A stretch of DNA of 64,000 nucleotides, from positions 320,001 through 384,000 of the forward strand of contig CAVQKE010000006.1 of the NCBI GenBank assembly GCA_963713045.1. Direction: 5' to 3'. This DNA comes from an uncultured delta proteobacterium. GTDB taxonomy: Bacteria > Myxococcota > Myxococcia > Myxococcales > Myxococcaceae. Position 1 is the first letter of the stretch; each line of letters opens with the position of its first letter. Below the pieces are notes generated by a model, which was not told where the DNA came from, did not search any database, and was given only the letters and a program-made list of their open reading frames with translations. Below are positions 20,081 to 28,763 of the stretch, in pieces. The position numbers were made by a program, and so were the translations under genes.

Positions 20081-21556
20081 ATGGCCGACGCCGCGCCCCA
20101 AGAGAAGCCCGAGCCTTTCCGGCGACTGCTTGCCCGGGCGGTGTTGGTTCCCTTCGTCCTGTTGGCGGCCTTGGCCTTGGCGCTGGCGGTGGGCGTCACC
20201 ACGCTGGTGCGCAGCGCCCGGCTGACGGAGAGCAGCGACCAAGTCCTGACGCAGGCCGCGCGGCTGCGGGAGTTGTTGGTGGACCGCGAGACGGCCCTTC
20301 GCGGCTACCTCCTCTCCGGCAACGACGCCTTTCTGCAGCCGCTGGTGCTGGCCGAGACGCAGCTGCCGCACACCTTTTCCGCGGCGCGCGACTTGGTGGG
20401 ACAGGAAGAGGCACAGCAGGCGCGCGTGGCCCGCGTGGAGCAGCTGGCCAACGCCTGGCGGGACTTTGCGGACCGGGAGCGCCAAAATTTCCTGGAAGGC
20501 CGCGACTACATTACCGCCATGGCCAACGGCTCCGGCAATGTCCTGATGCAGGGCATGCGCCGGGAATTGGACGCCCTGGTGGCGGTGGAATGGGAACGTC
20601 GCCGGAGCCGCGCCCGCACCGCCGCCTGGGTGGGCCGGGTGCTGGCGGCCGGCGGGGTGGGCTGGGTGCTGGGGCTGGCGGTGCTGCTGGCCTACTGGGC
20701 CCGCCGGCAACTGCTGCAGTTGTCCCGCGGCCACGAGGCTGCGCTGGCAGGGCTGGAAAGGCAAAATGAGGCGCTGCGCACCGCGGAGAAGGAAATTCGC
20801 GAGCTCAACACCAGCCTTGAAAAACGGGTGGAGGAGCGCACCGAGGCCCTCAGCGCCGCCAACCGGGAGCTGGAGGGCTTCACCTATTCCGTCAGCCATG
20901 ACTTGCGCGCCCCGCTGCGCCAGGTGGCCGGCTTTGCCGAAGTGCTGGACGCCACTGCAGGCCCCAAGCTGGACGCCAACGAGAGGCGCGCGCTGGCCAC
21001 GCTGCGGGACTCAGCCCGGCATTCGGGCCAACTGATGGATGACCTGTTGCGCCTCTCCAAAATGTCCCGGCAGGAGTTTCGCACCTTCAACGTCAACCTC
21101 GCCTCGCTGGTGGAGTCCGCCCGCGCGTCGCTGTCGGCCGAAGCCGACGGGCGCAGTGTGGAGTGGATGCTGCAGCCGTTGCCGATGGTGCGCGGCGACC
21201 CCAGCATGCTGCTCCTCGTCTGGCGCAACCTGTTGGCCAACGCCCTCAAGTACACCAGGGGACGCAACCCAGCGCGCATTGAAGTGGGCACCCTCCCCGG
21301 ACGGGGTGCGGAGGACGTCTTCTACGTGAAGGACAACGGCGTCGGCTTTGAGATGAGCCACGCCGACCGCCTCTTCGGCGTCTTCCAAAGGCTGCACGGC
21401 GCGGAGTTTGAAGGCACCGGCATTGGGCTGGCCAGCGTGCGGAGGCTGGTGGAGCGCCACGGCGGCCGGGTGTGGGCCGAGGCCTTTCCCGGCCGAGGCG
21501 CCACCTTCTACTGGACGATTCCCCGCGCCCCAGCGGCGGAGGCGGAGTTGGGCTGA
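20081..21556 (+). CDS. CHASE3-domain sensor histidine kinase
   Basis: TM, DRETALRGYLLSG (CHASE3), TM, H-box FTYSVSHDLRAPL, N-box NLLANALKY, G boxes DNGVGF and GTGIGLA. Confidence 0.9.
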   Translation: MADAAPQEKPEPFRRLLARAVLVPFVLLAALALALAVGVTTLVRSARLTESSDQVLTQAARLRELLVDRETALRGYLLSGNDAFLQPLVLAETQLPHTFSAARDLVGQEEAQQARVARVEQLANAWRDFADRERQNFLEGRDYITAMANGSGNVLMQGMRRELDALVAVEWERRRSRARTAAWVGRVLAAGGVGWVLGLAVLLAYWARRQLLQLSRGHEAALAGLERQNEALRTAEKEIRELNTSLEKRVEERTEALSAANRELEGFTYSVSHDLRAPLRQVAGFAEVLDATAGPKLDANERRALATLRDSARHSGQLMDDLLRLSKMSRQEFRTFNVNLASLVESARASLSAEADGRSVEWMLQPLPMVRGDPSMLLLVWRNLLANALKYTRGRNPARIEVGTLPGRGAEDVFYVKDNGVGFEMSHADRLFGVFQRLHGAEFEGTGIGLASVRRLVERHGGRVWAEAFPGRGATFYWTIPRAPAAEAELG

Positions 21557-24500
21557 AGCCCTGGGTGGCGCAACACCACGTCCCGGGACTGCAGTAAGTC
21601 CACCTCGCCGGCGAATTGGGCAAAGGCGTCGTAGCGGGCCACCGGAATGCGGGCCATGTCCAACCGGTACTCTTCTTCGACGTGAAGTTGACTTCCGGCC
21701 TGCGCTTCGGTGCGGCTGAAGAGGCCGAAGGGCGTCTGCATCCGGGCGGTGGGCAAGGGCGAGTCCAGCACCCAGCCCTTCGGCAGCGCCAAGCCGACGC
21801 GGGAATGCACCGCCTCGGTGGCTTCAATGACCAGGGGCAGCCGCCGTTCCCCAGCCTGGACGAACCGTCGGCCGAGAAACGTCGGGTAGGTGAGGGCGCC
21901 GAGCACCAGGCGTTGGCCGTCCACTCGGGCGAAGCGCGGCGCGCGGAAGCTGTAGTGGACACTGACCGTCGCCCCCACCGCGCGCGGGATGTCCAGTTGG
22001 ATGTTGGACACCTCCGCCCCGCCAAAGTAGGCCCCCAGCGCACTCTGCAGCGCCTGCTTGCGGTCTTCGTTGGAGAGGGCCTCCAGGGCCTCGGCCAGCT
22101 GGGCGGCTTCAAAGCCGTGGTAGATGTCGGTTGCCCGTCCCACCAGCGTCCCGTCTGAGTCGAGCGCCAAGTCCAGGGTGACGTCTTTGCCCTGGGGGGG
22201 CGGCGCCGGAGGCGTCCGCACCGCCCGCAGCGGTTTCCCCGGCTCCGGCAAAAGGTAGGCCTCCCGGCCGCCGGCGGCCTGTTCCGGCAACTGGCCGAAG
22301 GGGCCGAAGCGCACTTGGGTGTCCAGCCACACCGGCGCGCTTCCGGGAGGCTCCACCCGCAGACAGAGGTACTGGAAGAGGGCCTCGTTGGGGAAGCGGT
22401 AGGGGGCCGGGTCCACCGCGAAGATGCGCACCGCCACCAGGCGGCTGGGAATGCCCAGGGCGTCCAGCGAAGCGCGCAGCAGCGCCAGGCGGCTACCCCT
22501 GTCCTGCGCCAGGCTGGCGGCGGCAGTCTGCGCCAGGCTGGCGTCCCGGCCGACCAGTCGGCTGTGGACCGCGCTGTACACGGCGCGCACCGCGTCCAAG
22601 CCGGTGCTGCGGTTGGCCGCCGCACGGGCGAAGGCCTCCACGTCCGCGCTGGGCCGCAGCCTTTCCAAGGCATTGTCCATGGCTGCCGTCAAAAGCTGCT
22701 CCTGCCCGCGGGCGCCCGCCCCCAGCACCACCATCGGCAGCACTTCGTTCAGGTTGGGCGGCCCTTCTGGCTCCGGCAAAAACGCCGGCGAGCGACGAAC
22801 TTCTTGTCGGAAGACGTCTTCGCTGCCGCCGCTTTGCACCGCCGGCGCCGTCATGTTGTGGGCGTCCACCGCCATGCCGGCCCCCTTGGGGGCCAGGACG
22901 GTGTAGGTGGCGAAGTCGTCCGGCGTCTGCGCCACCTGGTAGTAGAAGGCACCGGCGGTGAAGCCGGGGACGGCGGGCCCACGGGTGGGGTGGGCGAGGA
23001 GAAATTCCTGCTCCACCGCGTCCCCCACCGCCACGCCCGGCATGCTGATGGTTTCCTTCCCTTCAATGGCCTCGGGCTCCAGCACCGTGCCGTCGGCCTT
23101 CAACGTCCGCAGCGCCAGCACCTGCGCCCCCGGCGGAAGCGTCACCTCGGCCACTTCCTGAATGCCGGCTTGGTCCAGCACTTTCTGGACGGTGTGGATG
23201 CGGTCCACCATGGACCCGTCCGGGTAGGCGCGAATGGCGGCGGCGTCCAGCACCAGGACGGACGGCGCCTCGTCTTCATGGGGGCCGGCCTGGTACTTCT
23301 TCAACGCCGCGCGGCCGTCCAGGGCTTCGGCCTGAAGCACTTCCTTGCCCGTCAGCTGCCGGTCCACCAGCCGGCGCAGCGTCAAGTCCCCGCCGTCCAA
23401 GAGGAGGGCCGTCTGTCGGGAGGACAGGGCGCCCGCGGCGTCCCCGACCAGCGCTTGAAGCTCGGCCAGGTTTTTGAGGAGGGGGGCGAAGCGGGGCCAC
23501 AGCGCGTGCAGCTTTTGCAGGACGGCCACCCCTTGGGCCGGCCGCTTGTCGGCCAGCAGAAGCGCGGCCAGGCTTTGGGCCAACGGGACGCTGCTGGGGT
23601 CCGCCTGCAGCCGCTTGTCGGCCAGGGCCACCGCGTCACTGAGGCGTCCGCGCGCCTTGGCATGCTCCACCGCGCGGCCCTCCTCGCCGGGGCATGCCCC
23701 CAACAGGCCAAGAAGCCGGTCCGCTTCCGCCACCGCTTCGCGGCGCATGGCCAAGTCGTACCGCAGCCCGAGGGCCGCGCAGACGCCTTCCTCGGCCTGA
23801 AGGGCCTCCAGCGCAAAGCCGTCGGCCTGGGCGTCCAGCCCCAAGGACAGCTGCAGCCGCGCCTGCAGCAAGTCCACCGGGTAGCCCACCGGGGTGTGCG
23901 CCGCGCGCGCGCTGCGCAGGGATTCCCCGGCTTGGGCAACGCGCTGGTCGTCCAAGGCCAGCGCGGCGCGGTTGAGGAGGCTTTCCACGTCACCGGCGTC
24001 CTTGGCCAGCGCCGCGTCGAGAAATTGCGCCGCGCGGCTGCGCGCGACTTTGCTGGGGAGGCTACTGTCCGAGACGGCCACCTCGGCCGCCAGCGCCGCC
24101 CAGGCCGGCGCGGCGGGAAGTGGCGCCGCCGCAGTCAGAAGGCGCTTCACCCCGTCCCTGTCCCTGCCGTCCGCGTCCCGCGCGGCCAGGAAGGTGGCCA
24201 GCGTGGGGCCGGCCTCCGGCACAAGCGCCTGTTGGACAGACAGGGCGGTGGGTAACACCGCCGGGACGTCCACTGTCCGAACGCCGGCCCAGCTGGCCGC
24301 GGGCCCGCGGGCAGCGGAAAAGTGGAGGTGCGCCGGCTGGCCGTCGGCGCGGAAAAGGGCCAGGGCCAAGGTGGCCGGGCGCTCGCCGCGCAGCAGCACC
24401 ACCAACACCCGGTGCTTCCCTTTTTCCAAGGCCACCCCAGTTTCATTGACAAGGGACGTGGGTGTGCCGAAGGGCCGCCGGTCAAACAGCAGGGTACCGT

Positions 24501-25317
24501 CCACCCGGGCGCGGTAGGCGCCGTTGCCGGCGGCGCGCAGCACGTAGCTGCCAGCGGCTTCCACGTCCACGTCCACCGCGGCCAGGTAGACGTCCCCCAA
24601 CGGCCCCTCCGCCCCCAGCGACAATTCCCCGTCCGGGGTGGGGACGGTGCGCACCGCCATTGCCCCGAAGGGACCGGGAAGCGTCGGCGGAAGGGCGCCG
24701 TCGCCTTCGGCCGCCAGCGGCGTCGGGTAGGCCAAATTCCGGAGCGCGGCCAGCGGGCCCACCACAGAAAAGGCCGGGACGAAGCCGGCGTCGGCGCGCA
24801 ACGCCAGGGCGGCTGCCATGTCCCGGCGGGACTGAAGCGAGGCCAGTGCGACGCGGAGTTGGAAGGCGGTGTCGCCGGTGGCGCCGTGGGCCAGGGCTTC
24901 CGGCGCCAGGGCGAGGATGCGCACGTCCATGCCTTGGGCCCGCCCGGCCAGCGAGGCCACCAGGCGCGCGGCCAACGGCGCCAGCGGGTGGTTGGGCGAA
25001 AGCGTGCACACCGCCAGCGCTGCCTCCAGTGCGGCCTCCGGGTGGGCCAGGCGCTCCGCCAGGACGGCCGTCCCAAACAGGGCGTAGGCCTCCCGTTTGT
25101 CCTTGGCCAGCGCGGCAGAAAACAGGCGCTGCGCCTCCTCGGCATTGCCCTGCACCAGAAAGGCGTGGAAGCCGGCCAGCGCCTGGGTGTGGGCCGAGGC
25201 GTCCGCGGCGTGCGCCGCCGTGGCTGCCTCATCCAGCACTTGGGTGGACGTGGGCGGGGTGTGGGCGCAGGCGGCCAGAAGAAAAGCGGAAAAGAAAAGG
25301 GCGCGGGCCGAAGACAT
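21508..25317 (-). CDS. Large lipoprotein with TPR-like repeats and DUF3857/transglutaminase-like/DUF3858-type C-terminal region
   Basis: Lipobox LAAC, helical repeats, RTLKADGTVLEP and MPGVAVGDAVE (DUF3857-like), and LDALGIPSRLV..VWLD (TGase-like fold). Confidence 0.7.
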   Translation of the reverse strand: MSSARALFFSAFLLAACAHTPPTSTQVLDEAATAAHAADASAHTQALAGFHAFLVQGNAEEAQRLFSAALAKDKREAYALFGTAVLAERLAHPEAALEAALAVCTLSPNHPLAPLAARLVASLAGRAQGMDVRILALAPEALAHGATGDTAFQLRVALASLQSRRDMAAALALRADAGFVPAFSVVGPLAALRNLAYPTPLAAEGDGALPPTLPGPFGAMAVRTVPTPDGELSLGAEGPLGDVYLAAVDVDVEAAGSYVLRAAGNGAYRARVDGTLLFDRRPFGTPTSLVNETGVALEKGKHRVLVVLLRGERPATLALALFRADGQPAHLHFSAARGPAASWAGVRTVDVPAVLPTALSVQQALVPEAGPTLATFLAARDADGRDRDGVKRLLTAAAPLPAAPAWAALAAEVAVSDSSLPSKVARSRAAQFLDAALAKDAGDVESLLNRAALALDDQRVAQAGESLRSARAAHTPVGYPVDLLQARLQLSLGLDAQADGFALEALQAEEGVCAALGLRYDLAMRREAVAEADRLLGLLGACPGEEGRAVEHAKARGRLSDAVALADKRLQADPSSVPLAQSLAALLLADKRPAQGVAVLQKLHALWPRFAPLLKNLAELQALVGDAAGALSSRQTALLLDGGDLTLRRLVDRQLTGKEVLQAEALDGRAALKKYQAGPHEDEAPSVLVLDAAAIRAYPDGSMVDRIHTVQKVLDQAGIQEVAEVTLPPGAQVLALRTLKADGTVLEPEAIEGKETISMPGVAVGDAVEQEFLLAHPTRGPAVPGFTAGAFYYQVAQTPDDFATYTVLAPKGAGMAVDAHNMTAPAVQSGGSEDVFRQEVRRSPAFLPEPEGPPNLNEVLPMVVLGAGARGQEQLLTAAMDNALERLRPSADVEAFARAAANRSTGLDAVRAVYSAVHSRLVGRDASLAQTAAASLAQDRGSRLALLRASLDALGIPSRLVAVRIFAVDPAPYRFPNEALFQYLCLRVEPPGSAPVWLDTQVRFGPFGQLPEQAAGGREAYLLPEPGKPLRAVRTPPAPPPQGKDVTLDLALDSDGTLVGRATDIYHGFEAAQLAEALEALSNEDRKQALQSALGAYFGGAEVSNIQLDIPRAVGATVSVHYSFRAPRFARVDGQRLVLGALTYPTFLGRRFVQAGERRLPLVIEATEAVHSRVGLALPKGWVLDSPLPTARMQTPFGLFSRTEAQAGSQLHVEEEYRLDMARIPVARYDAFAQFAGEVDLLQSRDVVLRHPGLQPNSASAAGARGIVQ

Positions 25318-25409
25318 GGGCGGCCCGTCCTACACGCAGGGCGCCCCACGGCGCTAGCCGCCCGAGGCGCAGGGCGGGTGCGGCCTGGTCCAGCCTGAGG
25401 CTGTCGGCG

Positions 25410-27227
25410 TCAGCGCTTCGCTTGCCTGGACGGCTTTTGAGCGGCCTTCGGCTTGTGCGCGCCGGTGCGCACCGCGACGCGGGTGGAATGCGTTGCCGAC
25501 TCCAGCACCATCGGCTCCGGCACGTCCGGTGGCTCGCGGCCAATTTCGTAGCCCACCTGTCGGAAGCTGCAGACGGCGTCCACGCAGCCCAACTCCGGCG
25601 CCGGCGGCGCGCCGAAGTGCCTTTTCCAGTCGGTGCCCAGGTAGAGGGGCGCGCCGATGGGCGTCTGCTCGCCGTCCGTGCCGAAGAAGGCCGTCAGCTG
25701 GCCGGCCCGGTCCACCAACAGGCGCATCGACGCCTTCCCCTCTGCAGGGCTGGGCGGCCCCAGCATGATGCCGCGGCGCTCCCCCAGTGCCCATTCAAAC
25801 GTCACCGGCTCGCCGTCGCCGGAGAGGATGGCGGCCACGAAGCGGCCGGGTGTCCCCAGCAGCACCAGGGCCGCCTGGGGGTTGCGGCTGCGGCCAAGCA
25901 CCAAGTCCTTCACCACCTGCCAGGTGCCCAGCGGGCGCGGCGCGACAATCACCTCGGCCGTAAACAGCGCCGCAATGCCGTCCTTGTCGACAATGTCCAG
26001 CTGGGCCCGGCCCACCTCGGCCTCCTCGTCGCCCGGGGCTTCAAAGCGCAGCGTCCGGCCATCCAGCGTCACCGGACGCCCAAAGGCGATGAGGGGAATG
26101 GCGTCCAGGCCTTCGCCCACCACCACCCGGCGCGCGTTGGAAGTGTCGGCAATGCGGCCCGGCGTGGTGAAGGTGGCCTCCACCCGCAAGTCCGGCTGGG
26201 TGAGGGCGGCGCCCGCCGGCATCGGCGGCGGCGGCTTCCAGTGGATACGCGCCCAGGCCAGGCCCAACACCGCCACCGCGGCCAACAGCGCCAACGCCTC
26301 GGCCATCCGCAGCGTCCGGCGGGCCGCCCGCTGGACTTTCAGCTTCACCTGCTCGACGCGACTGGTTTTCCGCGGCAGCTGGCTGAAGGTGACCGGGGCG
26401 AAGGGCTCGAGGTCCGCCATCAATTCATTGACGCGCTGGTAGCGGTCGTCGGGGTTGGTTTTCAGGCAGCGGGAGACAATGGCGTCAATGCGCTTGTCGA
26501 CGCCGGGGCGCTTCTGCGACGGCGGGTCAAAGTTGCCAAGCGGCACCTCGCCCACCAGCAATTCGTAGAGGAGGACGCCCAGGGAATAGATGTCCGCGCG
26601 GTGGTCGGCATTCTTCGCGTCCACCCGCTGCTCGGGCGCCATGTAGCTGAGCGTCCCCATGGAGACGTGCGTCTGGGTGACGTCGAAGCGCTTGGTGTGC
26701 GGCGTCGTCTCGAAAAAGGTGGCCAGGCCAAAGTCCGTGACTTTGGGAATGCCGCCCGCTTGTTCGTCAAAGAGGATGTTTTCCGGCTTCAAGTCCCGGT
26801 GGATGACGCCGCGGGTATGGGCGTAGTCAATGGCCCGAGAAATCTCCATGATGATGCGCAGGGCCCCGGAGATGTCGAGCATCGGCGACTTGCTGACCTC
26901 GCGCAGCGAGGGGCCGTCGACGTATTCCATGACGAGGTAGTAGGTGCTGTCGGCTTTTCCCTTGTCGACGATGGCCACCACGTTGGGGTGGCTGAGGCTG
27001 GCCAGCGCCGCCGCCTCTTTGTCGAACCGGGCGACGAAGGTGGGGTCCTCCGCCAATTCGCGTGCCAAAAGCTTCACCGCCACCACCCGCCCCAGGGACA
27101 GCTGCACCGCACGGTGCACCTCTCCCATGCCGCCCTTGCCCACCAGCCTTTCCAAGCGGTAGCCGGGGATGGCGTCGGGCGGACGGGAAGTCAGCTTGAG
27201 GAGGCTGTCAGAAGCCGGGGCGGACAC
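25410..27227 (-). CDS. Membrane-anchored Hanks-type Ser/Thr protein kinase
   Basis: GKGGMG, VAVK, HRDLKPEN, DFG, YMAPE and DIYSLG; TM segment followed by an extracytoplasmic domain. Confidence 0.92.
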   Translation of the reverse strand: MSAPASDSLLKLTSRPPDAIPGYRLERLVGKGGMGEVHRAVQLSLGRVVAVKLLARELAEDPTFVARFDKEAAALASLSHPNVVAIVDKGKADSTYYLVMEYVDGPSLREVSKSPMLDISGALRIIMEISRAIDYAHTRGVIHRDLKPENILFDEQAGGIPKVTDFGLATFFETTPHTKRFDVTQTHVSMGTLSYMAPEQRVDAKNADHRADIYSLGVLLYELLVGEVPLGNFDPPSQKRPGVDKRIDAIVSRCLKTNPDDRYQRVNELMADLEPFAPVTFSQLPRKTSRVEQVKLKVQRAARRTLRMAEALALLAAVAVLGLAWARIHWKPPPPMPAGAALTQPDLRVEATFTTPGRIADTSNARRVVVGEGLDAIPLIAFGRPVTLDGRTLRFEAPGDEEAEVGRAQLDIVDKDGIAALFTAEVIVAPRPLGTWQVVKDLVLGRSRNPQAALVLLGTPGRFVAAILSGDGEPVTFEWALGERRGIMLGPPSPAEGKASMRLLVDRAGQLTAFFGTDGEQTPIGAPLYLGTDWKRHFGAPPAPELGCVDAVCSFRQVGYEIGREPPDVPEPMVLESATHSTRVAVRTGAHKPKAAQKPSRQAKR

Positions 27228-27327
27228 TGGGGGGGGGGAAGTTTACTCCCCGGGTGAGGGTAGCGCCCCGCTTGCAAGGCCGCCAATTGACGCCGGGTAC
27301 CGTGGGCCCCAGGGCATACTGCCAACC

Positions 27328-28044
27328 GTGCCGCACCGCGCTTCTCCCTCCTCCACCGACATCGCGGCTGGCCTGGCTGCGCTGCAGGCCAGCCTCATCC
27401 TCTGTCGCGCCTGCCCGCGCGTGGTGGGGACGCCGGTGCATGGGCTGCCGGTGGTGAGCCGCATTCTCCTCGTCGGGCAGGCGCCTGGGCCACGCGAGGC
27501 CAGCTTCGGCCGGCCCTTCGCCTGGACGGCCGGCCGTACCCTTTTCCGCTGGCTGGAGGAGGCCACCGGCGCCGATGAGGCGACGGTGCGGGCGGGCGTC
27601 TACATCTCCGCGGTGGCGCGTTGCTTTCCCGGGAAGGCCCCGGGCGGCGGCGACCGGCGGCCGTCGCCGGACGAAATCAGCCGTTGCCACGGCTGGGTGT
27701 CGGCGGAAGTGGCGCTGTTGCGTCCGCGCCTCATTCTCCCGGTGGGCACGCTGGCCATTGCCCAGGTGTTGGGCCACCAGGGGAAACTGGTGGAGGTGGT
27801 GGGGCAAAAGTTCCGTGTCACCTTCGCCGGCCACCACGCCGACGCCATTCCGCTGCCCCACCCCAGCGGTGCCTCCACCTGGCACCACATGCAGCCCGGG
27901 AAGGCGCTTTTGTCCGATGCACTGACGTTGCTTGCGCGACACCCCGCAGTGCGGGCGACGTTTCGACAACCGATGCTGGGGAAGAAGCGAGGGACAAGCC
28001 GGCGGGCGAAGGCCGGAGCCTCCCGGAAGGGGAAGCGGGAATGA
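27328..28044 (+). CDS. Uracil-DNA glycosylase superfamily protein (family 4/5-like, probable Fe-S cluster)
   Basis: CRAC, LLVGQAPG, GRPF, ARCFPG, EISRC and PLPHPSG motifs. Confidence 0.85.
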   Translation: MPHRASPSSTDIAAGLAALQASLILCRACPRVVGTPVHGLPVVSRILLVGQAPGPREASFGRPFAWTAGRTLFRWLEEATGADEATVRAGVYISAVARCFPGKAPGGGDRRPSPDEISRCHGWVSAEVALLRPRLILPVGTLAIAQVLGHQGKLVEVVGQKFRVTFAGHHADAIPLPHPSGASTWHHMQPGKALLSDALTLLARHPAVRATFRQPMLGKKRGTSRRAKAGASRKGKRE

Positions 28045-28763
28045 TTGAGGCGCAAGGGCTGACGAAGCGCTACGGCCAGGTGGACGCCGCCAGGGGCGTC
28101 TCCTTCACCGTCGCGCCGGGCGAAGTGGTCGGGCTGCTTGGCCCCAACGGCGCCGGGAAAACCACCGTCCTGCGGATGCTGGCCGGCATCCTCACCCCCA
28201 CCGAAGGCGAGGCGCGGGTGGCCGGGCATGCCGCCAGCCAGGATGCCTTCGCCCTCAAGCGGTGCTTGGGCTTCCTGTCGGGAGACACCGCGCTCTACCA
28301 GCGGCTGACGCCGCGCGAGGTGCTGCGCTACTTCGGCCGCCTCAATGACATTGAAGAAAAGGCCCTCGACCGGCGCATTGAAGTGCTTTTGGACGCCTTC
28401 CACATGCGGGACTTCGCCGACCGACAATGCCGCACGCTGTCGGCCGGCCAGAAGCAGCGTGCCAACGTGGCACGGGCCTTCCTCCATGACCCGCCGGCCT
28501 TCATTCTGGACGAGCCCACCACCGCCCTGGACGTCGTCTCCGGACGCTTTCTGTTGGACGCCATCCGCGCCGAGCGCGCCAAAGGAAAGGCCATCCTCTT
28601 CTCCACCCACGTTTTGGGGGACGCCGAGGCCCTCTGCGACCGGGTGGTGCTGCTTCACCAGGGCCGGGTGCTGGACGACGGGACGGTGCAGGACGTCATC
28701 GCCCGCGCCGGCGCGCACACCCTCACCGACGCCTTCTTGGCGCGCATTGGGGCGGCGGCATGA
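28041..28763 (+). CDS. ABC transporter ATP-binding protein, NatA-like
   Basis: Walker A GPNGAGKTT, signature LSAGQKQR, Walker B ILDEP and H-loop STH. Confidence 0.9.
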   Translation: MIEAQGLTKRYGQVDAARGVSFTVAPGEVVGLLGPNGAGKTTVLRMLAGILTPTEGEARVAGHAASQDAFALKRCLGFLSGDTALYQRLTPREVLRYFGRLNDIEEKALDRRIEVLLDAFHMRDFADRQCRTLSAGQKQRANVARAFLHDPPAFILDEPTTALDVVSGRFLLDAIRAERAKGKAILFSTHVLGDAEALCDRVVLLHQGRVLDDGTVQDVIARAGAHTLTDAFLARIGAAA

